From the NCBI GenBank assembly GCA_964512075.1, contig CAZEID010000006.1, positions 1,024 through 65,023 on the forward strand: a stretch of DNA of 64,000 nucleotides, read 5' to 3'. The position numbers and the translations under genes are program-made. The notes below the pieces were generated by a model that did no database searches, was not told the origin of the DNA, and was given only the letters and a program-made list of their open reading frames with translations. This DNA comes from an uncultured Candidatus Saccharibacteria bacterium (lineage in GTDB: Bacteria > Patescibacteriota > WWE3 > 9FT-COMBO-53-11). Each line of letters starts with the position of its first letter. The first letter of the stretch is position 1. Of this stretch, positions 46,735 to 55,851 are shown in pieces.

Positions 46735-47824
46735 TCTTCGATAACTTTGATTCTACGAAATTTCGAAACTCTTTGAGGAAACGGTCTTTGGAGAACCTCT
46801 GCGCCTGAGCAATGCAATCCTTCGCTTTGTACTTGGAAGGATCAAAATTCCGCCACACCTCTGCCAACGATTCCGCCGTAGGCTCCCTGAAAAACTCGCC
46901 CGTTTTTCCTGCCAAAACCGTCTCCAGTGCACCCCCCTTCGCAAGCGCGAGGACTGGTTTGCCAAAGTACATCGCTTCCACCGGTACTATTCCAAAGTCC
47001 TCATTGGTGGGAAAAATTAGCGCCTGGCAACCACTATACAAGTCTGATAATTTCTGGTCGCTTACAAATCCTAAGAACTCTACGGTTGGCCCAGCCATTC
47101 TCTTTAGCCGAATTTCCTCCTTCCCCGTCCCCACAATCTTAAGGGGCACCTTGAGCAAATTGGCCGCTTGAATCGCCAGATCGATTCGCTTGTACGATAA
47201 GAGCCGAGAAACAACGAGGTAGTAAAACTGACGGTGGGAAGGTACAATCGCGGAGTAACTGGACTTTGGCAACTCCACCGGCGGATAGATCACCGTTGCC
47301 TCCCGAGCATAGAATTTTCTCACCCGCCGAGCCACCTCGTTTGAGTTGACTACTAGAAAATCGGGGCGCTGGGCCGCCTGGTAATCCCAAATCCGAAAGA
47401 AATTATCAAGCACCGCCAAGATTGGCCGGTAGAAGAAGAGCTCCCGCTTCCCCGTTTCGGCGGGGTAATGGTAAAGAAAGCGGGGTGGGGTGTGCACATA
47501 GGAGATGTGGATCGCCCCCGGCCGCACTTGAACCCCCTTAGCAAAAAAAGCCGTCGAAGAAATCACCAAGTCGTACCCGCGCAGATCGAGGTTCTCAAAA
47601 AGCAGGGGGTAGAAGGCGGTGTAGTACTTCAGAAAATGGGCTAGCGGTAGTTTCGGCAGCCGGAAAGAGCGGATATCCCAGTTGCGCATCCGCAAGGGTA
47701 GCTTAGTAGAATCGTAGAGGCTGGTATAGACGTGGGAGTAGGGAAAAACCTCATGAATCGCTTCCAGCACCCGCTCCGCTCCCCCGTACTGATTAAGAAA
47801 ATCGTGCACCAGCGCGACCTGCAT
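46727..47824 (-). CDS. Glycosyltransferase family 4
   Basis: HDFLNQYGGAER, EDFGIVPVEA. Confidence 0.92.
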   Translation of the reverse strand: MQVALVHDFLNQYGGAERVLEAIHEVFPYSHVYTSLYDSTKLPLRMRNWDIRSFRLPKLPLAHFLKYYTAFYPLLFENLDLRGYDLVISSTAFFAKGVQVRPGAIHISYVHTPPRFLYHYPAETGKRELFFYRPILAVLDNFFRIWDYQAAQRPDFLVVNSNEVARRVRKFYAREATVIYPPVELPKSSYSAIVPSHRQFYYLVVSRLLSYKRIDLAIQAANLLKVPLKIVGTGKEEIRLKRMAGPTVEFLGFVSDQKLSDLYSGCQALIFPTNEDFGIVPVEAMYFGKPVLALAKGGALETVLAGKTGEFFREPTAESLAEVWRNFDPSKYKAKDCIAQAQRFSKDRFLKEFRNFVESKLSKNA

Positions 47825-47855
47825 CACCTCCAGTTTAGCAGGGTAGTTGTGGTTA

Positions 47856-48773
47856 TCAGAACAACTTTAGTTGACTTTGGTCTTCTTGGGCTTCCGCGGG
47901 CGATCCTTCAATCTTTGCGATCAGCGACTTGAAATTCCACTTTCGGAAGAGCTCGCGAACCGCTGGCTGGTTAAACCCGCTAAACCTCAGATCACCGAGG
48001 TCAACCTGGAGCGGAACGGCAGTGACGATCTTGGCTAACTGACAGCTTAATTGGGCCTGTTCTTTCCCATCCGTCAGCCTCCGGGCGATCGCCGGCTTAA
48101 GATCCGGCAAATGCCGGTAGATCTCTTTCACCGTTCCGTACTTTCGCACCAACTCGCTGGCAGTTCTCTCCCCAATTCCGCGCACGCCCGGAATATTATC
48201 GGAAGGGTCCCCCCGCAGAGACTTATACTCCACCAACTGGGGAGGCCGAAACCCATATTCCTCTAAAAACTCCTTTTCGCTGTAGAGTTTAGCCTTCTGC
48301 TTTCCTACTGCGGGCAAGTAAAAGCGGACCGAACCGCCAATCAACTGCATTAAGTCTCGATCATTTGAGGCGACAATCACTTCCGCTTTCCTAGAGAGCT
48401 TTTCCGCAAGAGTCCCAATCACATCATCCGCCTCAAACCCTTCGGCAACCAGCCGGGGAATTCCGGCGGCGGTCAGGAACTCGCTCAACTTGGGTAGCTG
48501 AGCATCAAAAAGGGCCTGCTCTTCGGGAGTTTTCGGGACCCGCGTCCCTTTGTATTCGGCAAATTCGATCTGGCGGAAAACCACTTCCTTCTCGGATTCA
48601 TCGGCGGCGGCCAGATGAGTTGGTTGAAGATCCTGGGCTAAGGAGACCAACATCGAAGCAAAACCGTACACGGCGTTAATGGGTTCCCCCTCGGAAGTGG
48701 TTAATTCCATCGGATAAGCGTAAAAAGCCCGGTGGAAGAAGTTTTGAGTATCGACAAGGATGAGGCGATTCAT
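47856..48773 (-). CDS. Stand-alone 5'-3' exonuclease (PolA N-terminal / FEN domain)
   Basis: NAVYGF, YKGTR, EADDVIG, GDPSDNIPGVRGIGE; no polymerase domain. Confidence 0.9.
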   Translation of the reverse strand: MNRLILVDTQNFFHRAFYAYPMELTTSEGEPINAVYGFASMLVSLAQDLQPTHLAAADESEKEVVFRQIEFAEYKGTRVPKTPEEQALFDAQLPKLSEFLTAAGIPRLVAEGFEADDVIGTLAEKLSRKAEVIVASNDRDLMQLIGGSVRFYLPAVGKQKAKLYSEKEFLEEYGFRPPQLVEYKSLRGDPSDNIPGVRGIGERTASELVRKYGTVKEIYRHLPDLKPAIARRLTDGKEQAQLSCQLAKIVTAVPLQVDLGDLRFSGFNQPAVRELFRKWNFKSLIAKIEGSPAEAQEDQSQLKLF

Positions 48774-48843
48774 GGCAAAAATAATAAAAACTCGGTAGCT
48801 CAAACGGTCCGCCCCGACCCCAACCCGTTAGATATTACCAACG

Positions 48844-50709
48844 CTATGACCTAGTATTGCGGGCATCTTTGCCCGCGGCGATCAGCCGCTGAAACTCTTC
48901 CTCCTCCAGAGTTTCCTTCTCCAGGAGAGCGGCGGCAACCCGATCCAGCTTAACCCGATTCTTGCTCAAGAGCTTCTTTGCTTGAGCATAGGCGGCATTC
49001 AAAATCCGCATTACTTCTCGATCAACGCGGTTAGAAGTTTCCTCCGAAAGGTAGTTGCCCGGCTCCCGCAGAACTCCATACCACTCCATCTCACCAAAAG
49101 TGAGCGAAACTGGCCCCAAACTGGACATCCCAAGCTCGGAAACCATTCTCCGCGCGATCGCGGTTGCCTGGGCCAAATCGGAGGAGGCACCCGCACTAAA
49201 CTCGTTGAAGATTAGCTCTTCAGCCGCCCGACCCCCCAACAACCCCGTGATCCGCTCTAACAGCTCGGTCTGGGTGTGCTGATAACGATCGGCCGCGGGA
49301 GGGATCTCGGTATAACCCAATGCCAGCCCCCGAGAGACAATCGAAACGCGGTGGACTGGATCCATGTGGGGAAGAACCGAAGCCACGATCGCGTGTCCGG
49401 CTTCGTGATAAGCCGTCAACCGGCGCTCCTGGGGAGACTGCAGGCGCTTCTTCTCCGGCCCCAGCTTGACCTTAGTGGCGGCCTCCTCCAAATCCGGCAT
49501 TCCAATCGCCTTCTTGTTAAGCCGGGCAGCCAGAATCGCGGCCTCGTTAAGCATATTTTCAATGTCCGCCCCCGAGAAGCCAACCGTTCGTTTCGCCACT
49601 TTCTCGAGATCCACATCCGGCCCCATCGGCTTACCCCGCATGTGGATCTTGACAATGTCTTTGCGCCCCTCAATGTCCGGAAGGTCCAGCACCACCCGCC
49701 GGTCGAACCGGCCCGGGCGAGTCAAGGCGGGGTCCAAAAGCTCCGGGCGATTCGTTGCCGCTAACACGATTACGTTGTCAGAGGGGGTAAATCCATCCAT
49801 CTCGGTGAGAATTTGATTAAGAGTTTGCTCTCTCTCCTCGTGCCCGCCGGTAATCCCCATCCCCCGCTGGCGACCGATCGATTCAATTTCATCAATGAAG
49901 ATAATCGAAGGCGCGCTCCGCTTGGCGGTGTCAAAAAGGTCCCGTACTCGGGCCGCTCCCACTCCGACTAGCATCTCCATAAACTCTGAGCCCGACATCG
50001 AGTAGAACGGAACATGGGCCTCCCCCGCTACCGCCCGCGCTAAAAGGGTCTTCCCGGTTCCGGCCGGACCAACCAGCAACACTCCCTTCGGAATCCGCGC
50101 CCCCAAGGCACGGTACTTGCCCGGATTTTTGAGAAAATCCACCACCTCCAGCAGCTCTTGCTTAGCCTCGTCCACGCCAGCCACATCGTTGAAAGTCACC
50201 CCCGGCTTCCGCCCCCGCTCAAAAAGAACTGCCCGAGAGCGGCCGAAAGAAAGAATATCCGCCGTCCCGCCGCGGGCTTGCCGAATGAAATAGAAAAAGA
50301 TTAAAGCAATCAGAAAGACCGGAAGCAGACTTAACAGAATATCTCCCCAAGGCAACCCCTCGGCCACAACCACGCCGTCGGGGATGGAAGCGGGATCCGC
50401 CCCCGCCTGACTAAGAGTGGCGAGGAAGTCGGTCGCAACCTCCCGGCGGGAAACAATTTCTTCCCCCGAATTGAGCGTCACCGTTAGTTGGTTTCCGTTG
50501 ACCACGACTTGCCGAACCTCGCCGTTCTTGATTTTCGTAATCACTTGGGAGATCGGCAATTCGGTTGGTCGAGAAATAGGAACCAGAAAAGACCAAGCCA
50601 CTAAACCAATGAGCGCTAAAACTAGCAGAGTTTGCCAAAAATTGAATCGAGGCGGGGGCGGAGACATCGGGGCCGGCCGCATTTTTTGGGGGAACCGGTA
50701 TCGTTCCAT
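48844..50709 (-). CDS. ftsH: ATP-dependent zinc metalloprotease FtsH
   Basis: [27 protein letters not shown]; start placed just after the trpS stop. Confidence 0.96.
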   Translation of the reverse strand: MERYRFPQKMRPAPMSPPPPRFNFWQTLLVLALIGLVAWSFLVPISRPTELPISQVITKIKNGEVRQVVVNGNQLTVTLNSGEEIVSRREVATDFLATLSQAGADPASIPDGVVVAEGLPWGDILLSLLPVFLIALIFFYFIRQARGGTADILSFGRSRAVLFERGRKPGVTFNDVAGVDEAKQELLEVVDFLKNPGKYRALGARIPKGVLLVGPAGTGKTLLARAVAGEAHVPFYSMSGSEFMEMLVGVGAARVRDLFDTAKRSAPSIIFIDEIESIGRQRGMGITGGHEEREQTLNQILTEMDGFTPSDNVIVLAATNRPELLDPALTRPGRFDRRVVLDLPDIEGRKDIVKIHMRGKPMGPDVDLEKVAKRTVGFSGADIENMLNEAAILAARLNKKAIGMPDLEEAATKVKLGPEKKRLQSPQERRLTAYHEAGHAIVASVLPHMDPVHRVSIVSRGLALGYTEIPPAADRYQHTQTELLERITGLLGGRAAEELIFNEFSAGASSDLAQATAIARRMVSELGMSSLGPVSLTFGEMEWYGVLREPGNYLSEETSNRVDREVMRILNAAYAQAKKLLSKNRVKLDRVAAALLEKETLEEEEFQRLIAAGKDARNTRS

Positions 50710-50713
50710 AAAT

Positions 50714-51727
50714 TTACTCAATCCCAATTGCCTCCCTAACTTGGGACAATGTTTTTTGGGCAATTGGCAAAACTTTTCTCCTGCCTTCCTCCAGAATCTT
50801 ATCTAAGTTAGCATCTTTGGCAAGCTTTTGTCGCCGATCCCGAATCGGATCCAAGAAGTCGTTCAAAACCTGGGCGAGATATTCCTTCACTTCCACATCT
50901 CCAATCGCTCCCCTTTGGTAGCGCTCTTTTAGCTCTTCTACCCGAGGGTGATTGGGATCGAACGCGTCTAGGTAGGCAAAAACCGGATTCCCCTCCAGGT
51001 GCCCAGGATCGGTTGAGCGAATTCGGGAGGGATCGGTATACATTCGCCGGACCTTCTCCCGAACTTCTCCCTCGCTATCGGAGAGCATAATCGCGTTGCC
51101 GAGAGACTTGCTCATTTTGGCCTTCCCATCGATCCCGGGCAAAACTTCGCCTCGGATCAAAGCCTCCGGCACCGGAAAAACCGCACCAAAGTTCCGATTG
51201 AAATCCCGAATAATTTCCCGAGTTACCTCCAAGTGGGAAGCCTGATCCCTCCCCACCGGCACTAACTCTCCCTTAACCAACGCGATATCCGCCGCTTGAA
51301 GAACCGGGTAGCCCAAAAGTCCAAAGGAGGGCTGGGCAATCTTCTCATCGCGCATTACTTCTTTAAGAGTCGGAACCCGCCCGAGGCGGGGAACGGTCAC
51401 TAACATCCCGAAGAGGAGAGCGAGCTCGGCGACTTGGGGCACGTCGGATTGGCGGTAGAAAGTGGCCTTTTCGGGGTCGAGACCGACGGACAGGTAATCG
51501 AGCAGCAGCGCGCGGGTGTACTCTTTGATTCGGGCGGTTTTCTCCCGGCTGATTCCCCGAGTCAGGGTGTGGTAATCGGCAATTAGAATGAAAACCTCGG
51601 CCTGTCCCTGTAATTCCAAGCGGGCTTTCAGACTCCCAACATAGTGGCCCAAATGAAGGGGCCCGGTCGGTCGGTCGCCGGTCAAAACTCTTTTACCTAT
51701 CCCGAGAAAAGCCGAGGGATTAGCCAT
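50714..51727 (-). CDS. trpS: Tryptophanyl-tRNA synthetase
   Basis: TGDRPTGPLHLGH, YPVLQAADI, VPVGRDQ, KMSKS. Confidence 0.96.
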   Translation of the reverse strand: MANPSAFLGIGKRVLTGDRPTGPLHLGHYVGSLKARLELQGQAEVFILIADYHTLTRGISREKTARIKEYTRALLLDYLSVGLDPEKATFYRQSDVPQVAELALLFGMLVTVPRLGRVPTLKEVMRDEKIAQPSFGLLGYPVLQAADIALVKGELVPVGRDQASHLEVTREIIRDFNRNFGAVFPVPEALIRGEVLPGIDGKAKMSKSLGNAIMLSDSEGEVREKVRRMYTDPSRIRSTDPGHLEGNPVFAYLDAFDPNHPRVEELKERYQRGAIGDVEVKEYLAQVLNDFLDPIRDRRQKLAKDANLDKILEEGRRKVLPIAQKTLSQVREAIGIE

Positions 51728-51857
51728 AACAGAGAAATGATAACACTCATTTAATAGGCGGGAGAAGCGAACCGAGTGAGAAAAATAAAACAACGGGTGG
51801 TTTGCCGTCCGAAGCCCTGGCGAAGGGTGCTCACAAACGGAGCGATCGATCGGCGCT

Positions 51858-51932
51858 TGGTGGCGACGGGAGGATTCGAACCTCCGACCTAAGCTTTATG
51901 AGGGCTCCGCTCTACCCCTGAGCTACGTCGCC
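51858..51932 (-). tRNA. tRNA-Met (CAT), elongator type
   Basis: GGCGACG/CGTCGCC-ACCA, loop CT-CAT-AA (C31:A39 mismatch). Confidence 0.9.
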
Positions 51933-51963
51933 GACAGCCGGGTACCAGATCTACGAAGGCCGA

Positions 51964-51986
51964 TCCTTCCGAAGCTTTGGCGAAGG
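51964..51986. repeat. REP-like hairpin TCCTTCCGAAGCTTTGGCGAAGGA (related copy at about 51806-51826)
   Basis: Two similar CCGAAGC..TGGCGAAGG motifs flank tRNA-Met. Confidence 0.5.
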
Positions 51987-51990
51987 AGAG

Positions 51991-52065
51991 TGGTTGCGGG
52001 CCCTGGAATTGAACCAGGTCCTCGTGGTTATGGGCCACGCGTGGTAACCGTTCCACCAGCCCGCT
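51991..52065 (-). tRNA. Initiator-like tRNA-Met (CAT), non-canonical
   Basis: A1xA72 mismatch, GCGGGC/GCCCGC stem, loop CC-CAT-AA, TTCAA T loop, ACCA. Confidence 0.85.
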
Positions 52066-52145
52066 ACGGCAACTTTATTATACCCCAGGTGGAAAAACCC
52101 GCTCCGAAGAGAGGGATCCAAGCCAAGAAAAAAGAATCCAATTTC

Positions 52146-52532
52146 TTAGTTTTCAAAGAAAAGCTGGCGCCACTGCTTCCAGTAAGGAGAAGGTTCCTCG
52201 GAGGCTGCTGCCGCTGGAGGAGCCGTTCCCTCCGAGCGAGATCCCTCGGCCGAAGTCTTCTCCTTCTCTACCCAGTCGGGCAAGACGGCGATAACCTCGC
52301 CCGGCCTAGTCAAACCCAACTGCTCCAGCGCCACTTTGTAAATAAAGTCGGCAGATTTGCGATAGGCCAGCTCCTCTTGCTTGTCTTTTAGTTTTTCCTC
52401 CAACTCGGCGACCTGCTCTCGGAGGAACCCCAGCTCATTGCTCCGCAAACGAATTTTCGAGTAGCTTAGAACGGATTGATAGAGAAAGAAACCCGATAGC
52501 AGTAGGAGGAAAAGAAAGGCAAGTTTTGTCAT
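52146..52532 (-). CDS. Septum formation initiator (FtsB/DivIC-like)
   Basis: TM + coiled coil + ALEQLGLTRPGE motif. Confidence 0.75.
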   Translation of the reverse strand: MTKLAFLFLLLLSGFFLYQSVLSYSKIRLRSNELGFLREQVAELEEKLKDKQEELAYRKSADFIYKVALEQLGLTRPGEVIAVLPDWVEKEKTSAEGSRSEGTAPPAAAASEEPSPYWKQWRQLFFEN

Positions 52533-52727
52533 GGGCGGAAAAGAGCGCTGGAAAGCACTCGGTTGCTCGTTTGAACTAAATAAGGGCAGGGCATTGAAAT
52601 CATTTTAGCAGAGACCTCCGCGAACGCGGCCGCCTCCAATCGGGATGAGCTCCCCGCTAAAATCCGAGGCGCAGGGCTAGTTAGGATACTTGACTTCCCT
52701 ATGGGCCAGTGGTAATCTTCTTCTGAA

Positions 52728-53603
52728 ATGATTCCGCTGCGAGAAGCGCATCAAAAATTCATCGAGCATCTAAGAGAGAAAAATCGTTCCCAGTCCACAG
52801 TTCTAGCCTACGGCAAAGATATTGATCAGCTCATAGAGTTCCTTGAGGAGCTCGAAAAAGCGCACATCGCCGAGATCACTAAAGACGACCTGGAAGCCTT
52901 TCTGGCCAAGCTACTCAAAAATGGCTACACCCCCAAGTCGGTTTCCCGGAAAACGAACGCCGTCAAAACCTTCTTTCGCTTCCTAAAAGTCAACGAGTAC
53001 ATCACCGACGATCCCGCTCTCCTCGTCGCACATCCCAAATTTGAGAGCAAGCCTCCCCGAATCCTTTCAGAGACCGAGTACCGGGCCCTCCGAGATGCGG
53101 TCCAAAACGATACGCGGACCTACGCTATCGTGGAAGTTCTTCTCCAAACTGGTATCCGAATTGGAGAACTATCTCGACTGAAGATGAATGATATCAAGTT
53201 CGGCAGCGGCACTCGCGCTGGGGAAATTCGCATCGCTCCTTTTAACCGCCATCCCGAAAGAAGCGTACCCCTCAACCCCCGCGCCCAAAAAGCTCTCAAG
53301 GCCTACTTAGAGGAACGGCCCGAAGTAAAGAGTGAGAACGTCTTCGTCACCCGGACCGGCAAGCCCCTTCTGGTCCGGAACATCCGGGCTACCATCAAGC
53401 GCTACTTAGAATTGGTTGGGATTGAGGACGCCACCGTCAACGACCTCCGCCACACCTTCATCGCTCACCACCTCAAGCGAGGGGCTTCGCTAGTGTTAGT
53501 CAGCAAAATTGCTGGTCACCGCCGCCTGTCGACGACTGAGAAGTACTTAGAACACATTGATATTACTGCTCCCCAGGAGAAGATGGAGATAGCGGAGCTC
53601 TAA
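52728..53603 (+). CDS. XerC/XerD-like tyrosine recombinase
   Basis: SAM-like N-domain, TGIRIGEL, DLRHTF, AGH...TTEKY. Confidence 0.9.
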   Translation: MIPLREAHQKFIEHLREKNRSQSTVLAYGKDIDQLIEFLEELEKAHIAEITKDDLEAFLAKLLKNGYTPKSVSRKTNAVKTFFRFLKVNEYITDDPALLVAHPKFESKPPRILSETEYRALRDAVQNDTRTYAIVEVLLQTGIRIGELSRLKMNDIKFGSGTRAGEIRIAPFNRHPERSVPLNPRAQKALKAYLEERPEVKSENVFVTRTGKPLLVRNIRATIKRYLELVGIEDATVNDLRHTFIAHHLKRGASLVLVSKIAGHRRLSTTEKYLEHIDITAPQEKMEIAEL

Positions 53604-53675
53604 AATCCTAAACTATCGCATGGAAAGGAGCTGGCCGCGAAAGCGGCTTTTTTAATTAATAAAGGGTTGGCTGGG

Positions 53676-53855
53676 TCAAAGTCGCCTAATGTGGGTGGAG
53701 AGAATCAGTATCCAGATCGAGACCAACAACCACTGCGTGGAGGCCAGCCAAATGTCACCGAAAAAAGCACCGTAGGTCGCTAATCCTAGTGCCACTAGAG
53801 AAAAAATGTCTAGGGCAACGTGAAGTTGGGAGCGATACGGATCAAGAATTTTCAA
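53676..53855 (-). CDS. Small membrane protein, 59 aa (not in the ORF track)
   Basis: AAAGGTGGTGA SD, TTG start, MKILDPYRSQLHVALDIFSLVALGLATYGAFFGDIWLASTQWLLVSIWILILSTHIRRL. Confidence 0.65.
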   Translation of the reverse strand: MKILDPYRSQLHVALDIFSLVALGLATYGAFFGDIWLASTQWLLVSIWILILSTHIRRL

Positions 53856-53951
53856 TTGTTTTCACCACCTTTCTAATTTGGTAGACAGGAGAGGATTCGG
53901 GCCGCCGCCTTAAACGGCTATTCGCCTCCGGCGAATTCTCCCGCCCACCAA

Positions 53952-54027
53952 TGGTGGGCACCCCTGGATTCGAACCAGGAACCCCCAAGGTATAAGCTTG
54001 GTGCTCTAACCATTAAGCTAGGTGCCC
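53952..54027 (-). tRNA. tRNA-Ile (TAT)
   Basis: GGGCACC/GGTGCCC-ACCA, anticodon arm CCAAG-CTTATAC-CTTGG; TGGTAGAAT promoter upstream. Confidence 0.9.
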
Positions 54028-54049
54028 TCTTCCTATATTCTACCAGCGG

Positions 54050-54376
54050 TCATCTAACCGTAGCTCCTGGCTTAACCTCTTCCTCGGGAACAATCAGGAT
54101 CGGGCGGCCATTCTCCTCCGCGGCCAGAAGCATTCCTTCGGAAGAGATTCCCCGAACCTCTTTCGGCTCCAGATTTGCCACCACGACCACGCTTTTTCCC
54201 AAGAGCTCGTAGGGCTGAAAAAACTCCTTTACCCCGGCCAGGATTGTCCGCGCTCTGCTCTCCCCCAGATCGACCTCCAATTTATAGAGCTTGTCGAGAC
54301 CTTCGACCTCTTCCACGTTCCTGACCTTCCCAACGCGCAATTCAATTCTCTTAAACTCCTCAAAAGAGACGCTCAT
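54050..54376 (-). CDS. tRNA-binding OB-fold protein (MetRS beta / CsaA-like)
   Basis: FEEFKRIELRVG, VVVANLEPK, SEGMLLAA. Confidence 0.9.
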   Translation of the reverse strand: MSVSFEEFKRIELRVGKVRNVEEVEGLDKLYKLEVDLGESRARTILAGVKEFFQPYELLGKSVVVVANLEPKEVRGISSEGMLLAAEENGRPILIVPEEEVKPGATVR

Positions 54377-54405
54377 CTTTCATTACCGGCCGCAAACCAC
54401 CGCGC

Positions 54406-54615
54406 TTACCAGTCCCCCTGCTTTATGTGGTCGGCGATGTGATTCTTCAAGTTGCGAATGTCTTCCTCGTGGCGCTTGTGAAGGTCCTCCCAGAGAGCTG
54501 CACACTGCGGACAATCTTTGGAATCCTCCTTGTAGTACTTGTCGTAGCGCCAAACGGAGTCCATCAGCTCCGAAAGCTGCTGGATCAAGTTGTGGTGATG
54601 ATTAGGAGTTGTCAC
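54406..54615 (-). CDS. Small His-rich hypothetical protein with CxxC
   Basis: GGGGGTGG SD; NHHHNLIQQLSE..SVWRY..CPQC. Confidence 0.7.
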   Translation of the reverse strand: MTTPNHHHNLIQQLSELMDSVWRYDKYYKEDSKDCPQCAALWEDLHKRHEEDIRNLKNHIADHIKQGDW

Positions 54616-54688
54616 TATGGGAATCCACCCCCTTCCTATCTCTAGGATAACAAAAGGACGGCTTTTAATGACCGTCCTTAGGAAGAAG

Positions 54689-55219
54689 CTAGATTCCTAA
54701 CCAGCGCTCCAATCCCATCCGGATCAAGGAAAACACCCCTCCGTACAAAGGGAGAAACCAGGTTAGAACTTCCACCGCGCACCCGACCCAAACCAGCAAC
54801 AGGGCTCTCCCCCAGTATTTTCGGGAGTAAGCGAAGCGAATCACCAGTACTCCCGTAAGCACGCCCCCGACGACGAAGGTAACCAGCGTCCAAAGCGGGG
54901 AGACTTGGAGCAGATCCTCGTACCGCGAGAGCTTACTCTTGATCCAGTTGAGGACCCGGTACTCCTTCTGAGGCCGCAGGTGTGCCAGCCTCTCCCGCGC
55001 CCGATCGAACACCCTCCCCCGCAGGATCAGGAGGTAAAAGACCGTCCCCCAAACGCCATAGACTAGAAAGGCCGCCAACGCCGACCACCAGATTCCTCGG
55101 ATAGCAACGAGAGGAACGAAAACAAATGCCCAAAAGCCGCGGAAACCGATGAGGTAGATCGCCAGCCAAATCGGCAGCAGGATTCGCCCCAGTCCGATCC
55201 AGAATCGGAAGGTCTTCAC
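54689..55219 (-). CDS. Hypothetical membrane protein (ORFan)
   Basis: TATAAT box, AAGGAG SD, four TM segments. Confidence 0.7.
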   Translation of the reverse strand: MKTFRFWIGLGRILLPIWLAIYLIGFRGFWAFVFVPLVAIRGIWWSALAAFLVYGVWGTVFYLLILRGRVFDRARERLAHLRPQKEYRVLNWIKSKLSRYEDLLQVSPLWTLVTFVVGGVLTGVLVIRFAYSRKYWGRALLLVWVGCAVEVLTWFLPLYGGVFSLIRMGLERWLGI

Positions 55220-55377
55220 CGATCTTCTCCTTCCTTTTTGGTTTTGAAGAGAATTATATGGTAACCGGGGGAAAGGAGCAACAGAACCGCCCCAGTGAGC
55301 GAACAGAGATCTGCGCGCTCAACGGGGCGGTCCATCAACCGCTCCCACCCGGACCGGATGGGGAACGGTAAGTGCGA

Positions 55378-55581
55378 TTACCCTCTCTTAAGATAAGGAA
55401 GACCGGTGCGAGGGTTCTCCTCAACCTTCATTCCGGCGGGAACCGCATCCAACGATCCGGAGCGAACATCCGGAGCGAAGTAGTAGATCGTCTGCTGCTT
55501 GCCGGTGTTCTTAAGAGTAACGGTCTTGCCGTGCAAGTAGTAGGTCCGACCGCTCTTCTTTGAAACGTGACTGTAGGCCAT
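55378..55581 (-). CDS. Small basic hypothetical protein
   Basis: GGGGGTGA SD, TTGACA/TAAATT promoter; MAYSHVSKKSGRTYYLH...ENPRTGLPYLK. Confidence 0.8.
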   Translation of the reverse strand: MAYSHVSKKSGRTYYLHGKTVTLKNTGKQQTIYYFAPDVRSGSLDAVPAGMKVEENPRTGLPYLKRG

Positions 55582-55851
55582 TAATTTTCACCCCCTCTCA
55601 AAGAAATAAAAATGCCCCCAAGGACCCGAACCCTCCTCTGGAAGGGCAGCAATTGCAATTTACAGGAAAGATATCCTGATTGTCAAGTAAGCACCCGCAA
55701 TCCGCCTTGGGCGGGTGAGGCACTTACTTGCCCCCTCTCGCAAAACGAGGGCGAAACAAGAGTGCAGACGCAGGCGTTAGCCGAGGAGCACTCTCGTGGG
55801 GGCGAGCCACAAGCGGGGCCACAACAATAGCGCACTCGTAGAACTCGCCCA

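Noticed and set aside
52728-54027. Integrated prophage or island anchored at tRNA-Ile with the tyrosine recombinase as integrase
   Set aside because: The protein is Xer-sized, its neighbours are housekeeping genes, and no exact att direct repeat or cargo was found
55725-55810. Hammerhead ribozyme (three-way junction with CGAAAC)
   Set aside because: The CUGANGA core and an NUH cleavage triplet are missing
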